Shown here in pieces: positions 12,601 to 23,105 of a stretch of DNA of 64,000 nt. Below the pieces are notes generated by a model. It was not told the DNA's origin. It made no database searches and saw only the letters and a list, made by a program, of their open reading frames with translations. Every line of letters starts with the position of its first letter. Within the stretch, counting starts at the first letter, position 1. Where the stretch lies: contig OU015567.1 of the NCBI GenBank assembly GCA_907165135.1, positions 11,594,001 through 11,658,000 of the forward strand, read 5' to 3'. The stretch is from Oikopleura dioica (taxonomy: Eukaryota > Animalia > Chordata). Made by a program: the position numbers and the translations under genes.

Positions 12601-15600
12601 GTTTAACCATTCGATACCTAACGGTTGTATTTGACAATCCAACAGCAACGGTATAATGAGCAAGACTTCTCGAGTCTTCTTCATTTTCCAATTTCAGCGA
12701 GACTTTGAGCATCGGATCCAGCTCTATCTCGCTCTTTCGCGGCCGATGAAAGTATCCAGCGCTCTCTTCGAACTTCGGATACACCCAGCAGGTAAATTCT
12801 GCGCATTGATCTGGTCGATGTTTTATTGAAAGAGTCTGGGCGGAAATGTAGATGTAGTCGGCGACGCCTGATAGATATTTTCCTGCGAAGATCAATTTGA
12901 AGTCAGAAATATCAATCAGAATTTCAGGCCCGGGAGAGTTATTTGTTTGTCTGCAATTGAGCACTACTTCACCTTCTTCTATATCTAGTTCGATTGCTAT
13001 GGGAGTGGGTTGAGAAGATCCAGGCAGCGGAGTTCCCTTTTTAGCTCTATGTACAGGTGGTAGCTCGCTATCGTCTTCGTCATTGTCCAAATCGAAGAAA
13101 ACCTGTTTCGGTGCGTGAACTTCTACCGGAGAAGCAACTGTTACCGGCTTCCACATGGCCAAATCCCAGGCAAGTCGATTGAATAGTTTTTCATAGAACT
13201 TGTTCGACAAGAGATCGATCCGAACTTTTGGAAATGTGAGCTTTACGAAAGTAAGCGAAGAGTCGTAAAGATTGCGACGGAACTTTTCGAGCTCAATGGC
13301 ATCTGCTGGCGCTTCGACGGATTGACGGTAAGTTTCGTCGCCATAGGAGGTTCTTTGGGAAGAGAAAGGCGTTTGTGGCGTAGACTGGGCGTACTGATGG
13401 AAGGACGAGTACATTGAATGGGCAATTTTAGAAGCGACGGGCTTCGTTTCTACCAGAATACTTGGAAAAACTATCGTTCGTCCATCGTCATTTGACGATA
13501 TTTGAATACAAGGAGGCGTTGATAAGTCCCACTCGTCGTTGAGAAAGAAAAGCTGGACATCTTTTATGGATAGGTTGACTGAATTGGCTTTGGAGATCGA
13601 GACTGTGAGTGAATGTAGATCGACCTTGAGAATTTCATCTCGAACGCGTCGCTGGTACCACGGCGCTCGATGAAGCTCATCTCGACGATCGGGAATTGGA
13701 ATGCGCAGTTTTAGGGATAGGTCTTGAGCAGAAACGTTGATTTCCATGCTAAGCTTCCTCTGGTCGGGGCGGGATAGGTCTGCAATAAGAGAATCGTGCG
13801 ATTGTGGATCTCTACGACGGCCGGACTTTGGAGGCTGATAGGAAAGTACTCTTGAAATTCTGTCGATAATTGACGGATCGAACTCAAAATCAGCTCGGCC
13901 GAGCTCAAGCCTCAGGCTCGACCGTGATCTCGTTTGGGAAATGTTCACTCGAACGCAGTAGCCATATTCGGGCAGTGATTCAAGAAGGGACTTTTGCATA
14001 TCTTGACGAAACTTGAGAATGGGAATCTGAAGGCCTTCTTTTTGCTGGTCGGGGGCGAGAACTGAGCCATTGTAGAGATGCTCCCAGATCCAAAGTTGAC
14101 CCATTTGAGCGTGTAGTTGCAGAGCTTCGCGTTGATAGCCAGTAAGGCCGCTTTGTTGCACAGAACCAGAAAGAGGAAAGGCAAAAATGGTCAAACGATC
14201 GGATTTAGACATGTTGTGAATTTCACTGGCGATGTCGGCCATCGATCGATTCACTAGCCCAAAGCTTTGTAATTCACGCATCTTCTCAAAGTGATCTTGC
14301 GCCATTTCGCGCATAGTATAGTCACTCACTGGATCGTTGTGCAGAACAGTAATGGAAAGGGAGGATACCTTGAATGAATATTGATATCCTCCGTAATTCG
14401 GATCCACTTGGTTTGCTAAGAAGTTATTTCTCCTCCCACCCGAAGCTGTGGACGAACCAGATTGAGTCATTTGCGAAGACCCCATCGACGGTGCAACAGA
14501 AGTAGCTCCAGAGCCATACATTGAGTAGAACTGCGGCTCCTGGCTTCCAGGCTGGAAGTGCATGGGCTTTTCTTCTTCATCTGTATCGCTATTCTGATCG
14601 ACGTCTTCGAAAACTTGCTCTTCGATTTTTCCGAATTCGTCGTAGTGAATCGGTCGCGATTGATGAGCGCTCTGCGATTTAGGAGCGTTTGTTGGCTGCG
14701 TTAGTTCGTTGATAAGATCCATTATTGAATGCACTTGAGATGGAGAGACGAAGAAGCAAAAGGGTTGGAAATTCGCGTCGAGCCAGAGCTTCGGAGCATT
14801 GACCCCTGTGCGCGGTTGAATTCGCACGCGAACTTCTTGCGTTCCCATAATTTCTCCGATAAGTGCGAAAGGATCTGCCAATGCTTCCATTGGATCGCCC
14901 GAATCGCAAGATTTATAAGAACCGGGGCTGGAGGGCGGCGATTCTGGGGCAGGACTTCTCCCTTTCTGCGAAGAATGGTCGCTCTCCGACGCTGAATCGC
15001 CGGGCTTCTTTTTATCATGCCAAAACGTCGCTCCGGAAAGAGAAACCTTCTTCATATAAATACTCGTTTTTCCTTCTTCTTCAAGCGAATTGTCTTTTCC
15101 ATCATTTTGTTCATCCGAGTACTCAATTTTTTTGATTCTGATTTCCATCCTCGTCAGATTCTCTTCCTTTCCTCTTTCTACTCGCAACACAGTGTCAAAC
15201 AGGCACACTTTTACCCTCGCCAAGATATTTTCAATATACTGAGCGAGGGAATCAAGCCCTTCTGTTTCTTCTTCAGTGTCTTGAACGACCTTTTCTGCGA
15301 TTTCAATCGAAGTCGTCATCGTGCACGCCGTTTGAAAGAGACTCTCGCACATTCCCTGCATCGTTGGTACTTCCTCAGCCATTTGGATGGTCAACTCGAG
15401 TCCGCGGAGGGTTAAAGTACAGGATTCTTTCATCAAGTTGCTCCATGGAATCTCGACTTTTATATTCCTCACAAATCCGTCGAGAACTTCTATCGGGACG
15501 CCAACGGAAGCCAGCTGATCATTGAGACTCGACAGATCAAGGTTGAGATTCGAAACTGATCCAGTTCCATTATACAGATCAACCGAGAGCTGCTCAAGTC

Positions 15601-15740
15601 TAAAAGAAGGAAATGCAAGGGGAAATGCAATAATTTCTATACCGAATGCGTTCTTGAAGAAAATCGCCGAGATAGTGCTGCAAAATGTACCGACATCCGC
15701 GCTTCTTGATGCTCTCCGGCCAAGGAAACCATTCCAACAT
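9615..15740 (-). CDS. ATG2: Autophagy-related protein 2 (lipid transfer protein)
   Basis: Spliced N-terminus MLEWFPWPESIKKRGCRYILQHYLGDFLQERIR|LEQLSVDLYNGTG (chorein-N). Also LETCADSF, PLKINLDQDT, IRIDY and C-terminal DGRVLRGVRRGASAFSNSTA and PATLVKPVVLA. Stop TGA at 9615-9617. Confidence 0.95.
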
Positions 15741-16058
15741 CTTTCAAAATACTTGTTCTTTATCAACTTCATCACGGATTTCATTTTGATCTTATGAAGA
15801 AATTTTTGACAAAACGAGAATCCATTCCTTTCTCTATCCTTCTACCATTTCTTTTTGCATGAAATTTATGTTGAATTTCTCTTTCTTCAAAACTCGATCG
15901 AGTTTTTACTTCTTCGATTTTTCGATTTTGAGTCTCATCACATGTTTTGGCCGTGGCAGACGGTTCAGACTTGCCTCATCACAGGACGGCTCAAGTAAAA
16001 AATTGAAAACTCGAGCGCGCGCGCTCATTGGCTGGCGATGGAGAGAAACGAAAAAAGC

Positions 16059-16132
16059 TGCCCTCTGTGAGGCTCGAACTCACGACCTTCAGATTATGAG
16101 ACTGACGCGCTAACCAACTGCGCCAAGAAGGC
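16059..16132 (-). tRNA. tRNA-Met(CAT), elongator type
   Basis: GCCTTCTTGGCGCAGTTGGTTAGCGCGTCAGTCTCATAATCTGAAGGTCGTGAGTTCGAGCCTCACAGAGGGCA folds as a cloverleaf with CAT anticodon and GTTCGA T-loop. A T6 Pol III terminator follows at 16051-16056. Confidence 0.97.
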
Positions 16133-16237
16133 AGGTGAAAGCTACCAAGGATGATGTTATTATAAAATACAATATAATGTATAGATTCTAGAGCAGGCTT
16201 CTTCGACTTTTGAAACACCTGGTTTAGTTTAAATTTA

Positions 16238-16398
16238 CAGTGGGTTGCGCAGGTACTGCACCCTTTGTGATTGCGTCGTTGCTGCACCCTTCGCCCGCAA
16301 TTTTTCTATTGTTTCTTTCTAGACTTGCTCAAAGTGATTGCGTGACTGGTGCACCCTTTACCCGCTCTTTAGGGGTGCATTACCTGCGCAACCCACTG
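16238..16398. mobile_element. Tc1/mariner-type MITE (161 bp)
   Basis: TIR CAGTGGGTTGCGCAGGTA(C/A)TGCACCCC at both ends, flanked by TA on each side. Internal TGCACCC repeats. Confidence 0.88.
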
Positions 16399-16787
16399 TA
16401 CAAGATCTTATTTTACTGGTGATGCGCTATCGTTTCGATCTACTACAAAATAAGATATTATAAATGTCAGACTATGACTTGAATCTTCAATAATGATTCC
16501 GTGAATTCGTTAGTCTAAAAGAAAATTCCCCGTTGAAAGATAAAGGATCTTTCTTTGGAAGAAACTATCATAACTCTTTTTTTGAACGGGTACACTTCAT
16601 ATGATCATCCCCATAAAAAGTACGCATACCTCCCGGGACCCTCGGAATTTGCACCTAGGCGGCTTTGTACGTTAGCCAAGGGTGTGAAAGTCACAAACCT
16701 GCCCGATGCAATGATTTTCAAGCGCGCAAGAAGTAAAGAGAGCCCCTTTTATCTGGAATATAAGGAGTCCCTTAGAAAGTCCGCGAG

Positions 16788-19176
16788 ATGAAAACTTCTG
16801 CGTTTCTTCTTTCCGCGGCGAGAGCGACCTGCCCGGAACAATGTGCCTGCGAGGGTACTGTTGTTGACTGCACTGGCGCCCAAGTTCAGTAAGTAAGCGA
16901 TTTCGCCGACGCTACCTTCAAGCTAGAATTATTTCCAGTCACTACGGTTTTGCGAGTTGAGGTTCTCGCTTTATCTGCTTTTTGCTGGAGACATAAGAAA
17001 GCAGCCAATACTGCCAAAAACTGAAAAATATATCAACTTTTTGGAATCGGTGCTGAAACAATACTCAAAGATCTTAAGCTTTTGGCAGATGAAATTTTCT
17101 CTCGTCAAAACTAATCGTTTTTGCAGGTACATTTCTGAACTGGACTTTCCATCAGATGTGACTGAAATCAACTTGTCCGACTCCTCTCTTTCTGCTTTGA
17201 GAAGCTTCGACTTCAACGGTGATAATGGAGATTTTGCAAATCTCGAGACTGTCATCTTCGACAACGCTGAAATCGAGTACATCGACGATTCTGCTTTCGC
17301 ATACTTGCCGAGTCTGAAATCTGCTTCGTTTGCTGACTCTTCTGTTTCATATGTCAGGTAGGAAACAGCTCGTACTATTGCTTGAAGCGAAGTTTTTCCC
17401 AGTCACTACGGTTAATTGATGAATAACTATCAATTTATCTGCTTTTTGCTGGGTACACCAAAATGGGCTTATACTCTCGGCAAAGTGACCTCCATCGTTT
17501 TGATCGTTTTTAAAGTTCCAAACAACTGTAATTGAAATATCAAATATTTCTTTCGCTGAAAACGGTTTTAAATTGATCCTAGCAAGAAGGCATTCTACGA
17601 ATGCGACAAAATCGAGAACGTAGACTTCTCAAATACGAATCTCAAATATCTTGACGCGCACTTTCTCATCTACGCGGATAACTTGGAATCGCTGAACGTA
17701 GCTGGAGCTGCCGAGTGCGACTGCGTCAACAACTGGATGAAACTGTCAGGAAAGGTTGTCGATGAGTTACCTGCTGTCAAAATGAAAGTTCTTCCTAAGC
17801 CACCTTTGTAAAGACTTCGATGAAATCATTTCCGGTTACGACTGCGAAATTAACCTTGATGATGCTTCAAAATGTGCGCCAAAGTCTGTTCTTCCCGATT
17901 ACGTGTTCACTTTTCAAGAAGGTCAGCCAGCAACTGCAATTGTAAGTAGTGATACTTCCTATTAGCTTACCTTTGCCACCCAGCTATCAAGGCTTGACGA
18001 TTTTGAAATAATCGTTCGAGTTTGCTTTTCCTGGGGAAAATAATAGATTGCTTCGAGTTTGACTATTGAGTCGGAGAATGTGTGAATGATGAAAGTGCAT
18101 ATTTCTTCGAATTTCTATAATTTTTCGGATCTCAGTCTTACAAATCTTTACTTGTCGATAACACGATTACCTTGAGTTTTCTAGTGTTTCATCGTTGGTT
18201 CCGACATAATGACCATCGACGTCCAAAACGGTGGAAAATATCGAGGACAGCGAATCAGCCTTTACAATGTCGGAATCGAAAACCACGACGAGTACACTTG
18301 CACAGCCAATGCTCTCAATCACGAGTCTGTTCAGAACTTTTTTACCATCAATGTCATCTCAAGGTGAGCTTCCATCTTGAGCCTCATTTTTCATTGATCT
18401 AGTGAGGAAGCCAATGAACCAACTGCCGATGATGCGAGCACTGAAGAAGAAGTAGTAGAAGTTGATGATGATGATGATGATGAGAATGAGGTTGACAATG
18501 CACAAGAAGATAACGATGATGATGAAGACGCAGAGGAAGTCATCGAAGAAAGTGAAGACAATGAGTCAGGTTCGAACTCAAAACGCCTTCAGGGCTAGCC
18601 ACTTACCAACCAACCAGTCGCTCTCGCTTACCAAAAAATTAAGAGGACGATGAACCTAGTGAGGTCACATCAGAAGTTCTCTCCACAGAGCGACCAGACG
18701 AATTGGAAGTTATCTCAGAGGACCTAACTGGTAACGACAGCGAATCTTCTGAAGAAGATAGCGAAGCAAGCTCTTGGAAAGATGTTAGCGCTAATACAGG
18801 TAAAATAAATATCAAAATGAGATGATAACCCAGATCTCTCCCCCGCCGACTTTCCAAGTAGTCGTTTGGGTTTTCAAAATCTGGGGACAAAAAAAAAGAT
18901 TGATTTCAAGGTGAATCGTGAACGTATTCTAAATTCACTCGGGTTCCAATCTAACAAGCTAAAACTTCAAGCTCTGATCATAAACATTAACATCAACTTG
19001 TAGCATGTCTGTTCGGCGTTCTTTGCGAAGAAGGAAGCTCCGAAGGAAGCTCAGAAGGCAGTGGTTACGACGGTAGTGGCGATACGGCTGAATACTCGTC
19101 AGCAATTTCTCTTCGATTCTCCTCCATGTCTCCAGCTTCGCTTTTGCTTGTACTCCTCGTCGCTTGCCTTCTGTAA
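16788..19176 (+). CDS. Secreted LRR + Ig-like + acidic-stalk protein with a probable GPI-anchor signal
   Basis: Signal peptide, LRRNT CPEQCACEGTVVDC, LRRs (FANLETVIFDNAEIEYIDDSAFAYLPSL), LRRCT ECDCVNNW..C, Ig-like DEYTCTA, a D/E-rich stalk, EGSG/DGSG motifs, and a hydrophobic C-terminus SLLLVLLVACLL*. Confidence 0.8.
16934..17063 (+). ncRNA. Candidate box H/ACA snoRNA 1 (intron 1 of the LRR gene)
   Basis: Hairpin TCCAG..CTGGA with an internal pocket, H box ACATAA (16991-16996), second hairpin CAGC..GCTG, ACA at 17058-17060. Paralogous to copy 2. Confidence 0.72.
17398..17527 (+). ncRNA. Candidate box H/ACA snoRNA 2 (intron 2 of the LRR gene)
   Basis: Hairpin CCCAG..CTGGG shares the pocket strands TCACTACGG and TATCTGCTTTTTG with copy 1 but has a different, still-paired upper stem. 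H box ACACCA (17455-17460), second hairpin, ACA at 17522-17524. Confidence 0.72.
17979..18145 (+). ncRNA. Candidate box H/ACA snoRNA 3 (LRR gene intron)
   Basis: CCCAG..CTGGG hairpin, H box AAAATA (18037-18042), AGATTG..CAGTCT hairpin, ACA at 18140-18142. Confidence 0.6.
18829..18959 (+). ncRNA. Candidate box H/ACA snoRNA 4 (last intron of the LRR gene)
   Basis: CCCAGAT..ATCTGGG hairpin, H box ACAAAA (18887-18892), AGATTG..CAATCT hairpin, ACA at 18954-18956. Pocket strands are complementary to a conserved 28S rRNA segment. Confidence 0.78.
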
Positions 19177-20079
19177 ATAAAAAATAGCTTGTCATCCTTC
19201 ATCAATTCTTCTTCTTCAAAAGAAACCAAAGAGCATTTGTGTAAACAAAAGAACTCTTACGAGAGCTACTTCAGACAAATTTTGTTCATTCAGACGAGTG
19301 AGACAAATGAGCGGTGCAATTTCGAATATTTCGCTAGCCCAGAATTATATCCTTGTGATTCATATTCCGCGCCCGTAACCTTACAAAACATCTATCACGA
19401 GCCATGTGACGAGCTCTTTAACAACGATAATGAGTATATGACGTGAGTTGCTCGGCGTTAAAAAACATAACACCAAAAGTTCAAAATTTCCATAAAAGTC
19501 TGTTCTGACGAATGAGCGAAATAAGCCGGGAGATCAAGTTTGTTTAAAAATCACTTTATTTCAATAGATCCAGCAGTCGAAAAGACACAGTGAGAGTACA
19601 GTATAAATATGTTTTTAATTAAATGCGATGAGTTCCGTAATTTTATTATGGAATGAAGTAATCACAGGGAGATTTAATAAGCTTTAAATTTTAGCGTTAT
19701 TTTATTCTGGAAGTGGATATTTGAAATAAAAGAAATGAAAAATTTCATATTGCAAAGACAAGAAATTTTAGCTGAGCAAGACGAGAGAACATATAAATTT
19801 GCTTTTCGTTTTAATTAAAGAGCGAGTAATTAAACGAGTCAAATAAAGTTTGCAACACTTTTAACGGTTTTCTTTAAGTTTTCAGGATATGTATTTCAGG
19901 ATATTATTTTTTAAAAATAAAAGCTTATTTAAAAGCTAGTTACTAGCTGCTAGTTGATGTTAACTTTAAATTTTAAAGTTTAAAATCAGAAGAACCAAAA
20001 AGCAGTCGTATCGTTAAACGATTAAAAAAGAGCTTGACTTATTTACTCGATGTGATATAAATATCTGTAGCGAGTAGTG

Positions 20080-21014
20080 TTAGCATTCAGAGAGGGAGAG
20101 ACGTCGGAAGGCCGGTAGACGAACGGATTCAGAGTTTTCATCGATCGACAGGGTACGGATCAGGGAGCGCTGAATTTTATCGTTAGTAACCAAATTCGGG
20201 CATTCAACTGACTCATGATACAGACTTATTACAAAACTGTATTTACCTGCATGATAGTCGGAACAGTCGGGACTGAGAGTCGTCTGTCCGCCTTCTGTCG
20301 GAGTCTGAGCGCCTCGAGCTGATCAGGCTTCTCGTTATGGAGAAAGTTGCAGCGGCTGCCGTACGAGCAAATGCCCGTTTGGTGGAAGGTCTTGCAGGGG
20401 ATCGTCTTGAACTTGGGGTGCTTAGTCACCTGGCGAAGTTCGTCGATGCCATGAGCGAACTGACACTTGTCCATGAAGCGACACTCGCCAGTTTCAGTGA
20501 AGCGCTGGCACATTTCCGTTTTGTATCGAGCAGTGTTGAACTTGGTTCCGTAGAGTGGTCCTGGAGTGGACAAGGATCGACCACGGTTGCGCACCATCTC
20601 CAGCATATGCTAATGTAATCGTAAAAAATGACTTTCTTTATTAAAATCCTTACCTCATCATCTTCCACTGAATTCTGACTGGCTGATGAGCTGCTGCCGC
20701 TTATGTTAGTGTTCGCATCGTCAGAAAAGTGATCCAGCCGCTCAGCGTCGTAATTCTCGCGGATAATATTGCCAAGTGGGCTGCCCAGGCGGGAAGTGTA
20801 AAGTCGGGATGTTGGATTCTTCTTGACGTTCTCAATGGACTGGCGGAGGTGGTTGAGCGGCTCGGAGAGCTGAGTGAGAACAGCAGCAGGTTCCTCAAGA
20901 AGCTGTCGACCCAGTTGACGGAGTTGCTGGACGTCGATTTCGTCGTTCATTTGCTCGAAAACCTTACGGATAAATTGACGATCTCTGGTATAAAAGCTAA
21001 GATCTTACCGTCAT
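20080..21014 (-). CDS. ZFP36L: Tandem CCCH zinc-finger ARE-binding protein (TIS11/tristetraprolin family)
   Basis: RYKTEMC-x8-C-x5-C-x3-H and KFKTIPC-x8-C-x5-C-x3-H. Final exon encodes RLPAFRRLSLSE, the CNOT1-binding motif. The last intron has a perfect TACTAAC branch point. Confidence 0.93.
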
Positions 21015-23105
21015 GGTTGGTTCTCTTGTGGATTGCTCTTCTCTTTTGAAATGCCCGAATTCGCTTCTAGAAATCAGCATGCAAGCTTTGGCAGGGGAAG
21101 AAAGTACTTTGGGCGAAGCAATTAAATAAAAAGGATTTAATTATTATTTAGAAAAGGCGTTTAGATATTTTTTATTTTGAAGGTTGTTGGTTACGGTCAA
21201 CCATGGAAATATATACGAGCGTTTTGCGACTCAGTGGCGCCGTCATCCGAAGCGCCGCGACGCGACCCATTCTGTATCAAGCGCAGCTTCAAAGGAAAAG
21301 AGCACCTTGAAATTTCTTCTTGTTGTGCTTTATCGGAGATCAGACTTTGTTGGTAATAATTGAAACGCTTACGTGTATCGGAGGAGAATATTCTTGTAGC
21401 CTTTGATCATTCAGTATTACTTATCGCTTTAGTACGCGTCATCCGTTAATTCATGTATGCAAATGCTTACATGTGTTTTTATGAAACTAAGGAAATAACC
21501 CAAATCTCAATAAAAGCATTAAAAATCAGTATTTAACCAAATATTCAATCGGTTATTTAAAAACGTTAAATTTAAAGGTTTGTAAAGCAAAAAAACTTAT
21601 TCAAAATTACCAGTGTATTTTGATTCTCATCAACGTTTGTGAGTAAAAATCTGCAGCAATAAAAGGTCCCGTCTTCAAATTTACAGAACAAATGCATGTG
21701 ATGTGTCGCGGACAGCTGCAAGTGGGGCCGAGATTGGTAAACCTTTTTCTTCATATTTGCTCGATGCAAATATCCTTCGCCACCAAGACCGGGTCATCTC
21801 CTGGAGAGAAGACTACTGCGCGCGATTTTGATGAGTGATAAGGGTCGCCCGCCGAGTTTTATTGGACTAAAAACGGCCTGTAGGTAGTGGAGGAAATACA
21901 CTAACTTTTGAGCTACCGTAAATATAATTTGCTGAGCGGTGTTGATGATAATTCCAATTCGTACACAATTAAGGTATTTCATTTAGTGGTGCTTTCTGAA
22001 TTTGAACCAGCCGGGGCTCATGATAGCACTGCTCGAGCGGATTTTCTTTCACTCGAAACTTGGCTAAATTGGCGTTTGAAATCGTTCTTGATTTCGGATT
22101 TTATGAAAAGAAGCACAGCTTAGAAAACGAGTAGGATCTTTTAGGACTGACAGAAAATGGAAAGAAGGAGAAGGAAAATGATTGAATTTTAAAAGGAGTC
22201 ACGAGCTAGAAGAATATTAAACATCGATTATATTACCAATTCTTACACTTTATTGAATCATGACTGGGAATTTCTTCCCTGTATTTGAGCTTTCTATAGG
22301 TACGAAGATTTTTTATTGAAAAAAAGAACTTATCGGAAAAGCTTTTATCGCCAAATAAATGTGCGCACTAAACGATAGCAATTTGCGCGTTTGGAGTAAA
22401 TTATCAAGTTGATATCGCGATTGGACGATATTCACTCTTAGTGACATATTTGTACATTTTCAGCGTCGTGTGCGTTCTACTGATAAGAAAGAGAGCTGTT
22501 ATTTTCCGCGCTTTCATCTACTGATGAGATTCTTTCGTCTGCCTGAGAGGTATCTTACTCGCCTATCAGTAGCTCGGGCCATTCTTTGGATACTCTGAGA
22601 ACGAGCAAGATGGGATTTCTTTCTTTCGTCACGAGACTCCTGAACGTTCTGCGAAATCTCCGAATAAACACTTTCTGCCTTCAACCCAGTAAGCACTTTT
22701 AGCGGATATTTTTTGCTGCTATCGGGTTCAATAAACCTTTTTTCGTTATTCAAAGAGATCCAATGGGCCGGAACACCGTCTTCTCATTGTGCCCAGATCC
22801 GGGGAGAATTCAGCCCTTTTGTCAAAAGTCAACATTGACTATTTTTTTTCTGAAACATAAGCCCCTCGAGCGTGAAAAATTTTAGTCCTGAAAGTGGGGA
22901 CAAAGACAAATAACGGCTATTATGCGCGAATTAGCGCAATCGCGTCCTTTTCCGGATAAGGGGGAGCTTTTTAAACATTGTCGACCTACAAAAACGAGCT
23001 TTTTTGAAGCATAAAAATAGGCTGCAATTGGGTCAGGCATTTTCAATGTTCAAAATTTGAAAATTGAATGGATTTTGTAATTTTGAAGAACTGAAGTTTA
23101 TTTGC

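Noticed and set aside
15741-15784. ORF-track N-terminus of ATG2 (MKSVMKLIK..)
   Set aside because: The conserved ATG2 start (FPWPESIKKR..) is in another frame from 15740 and joins through a short intron.
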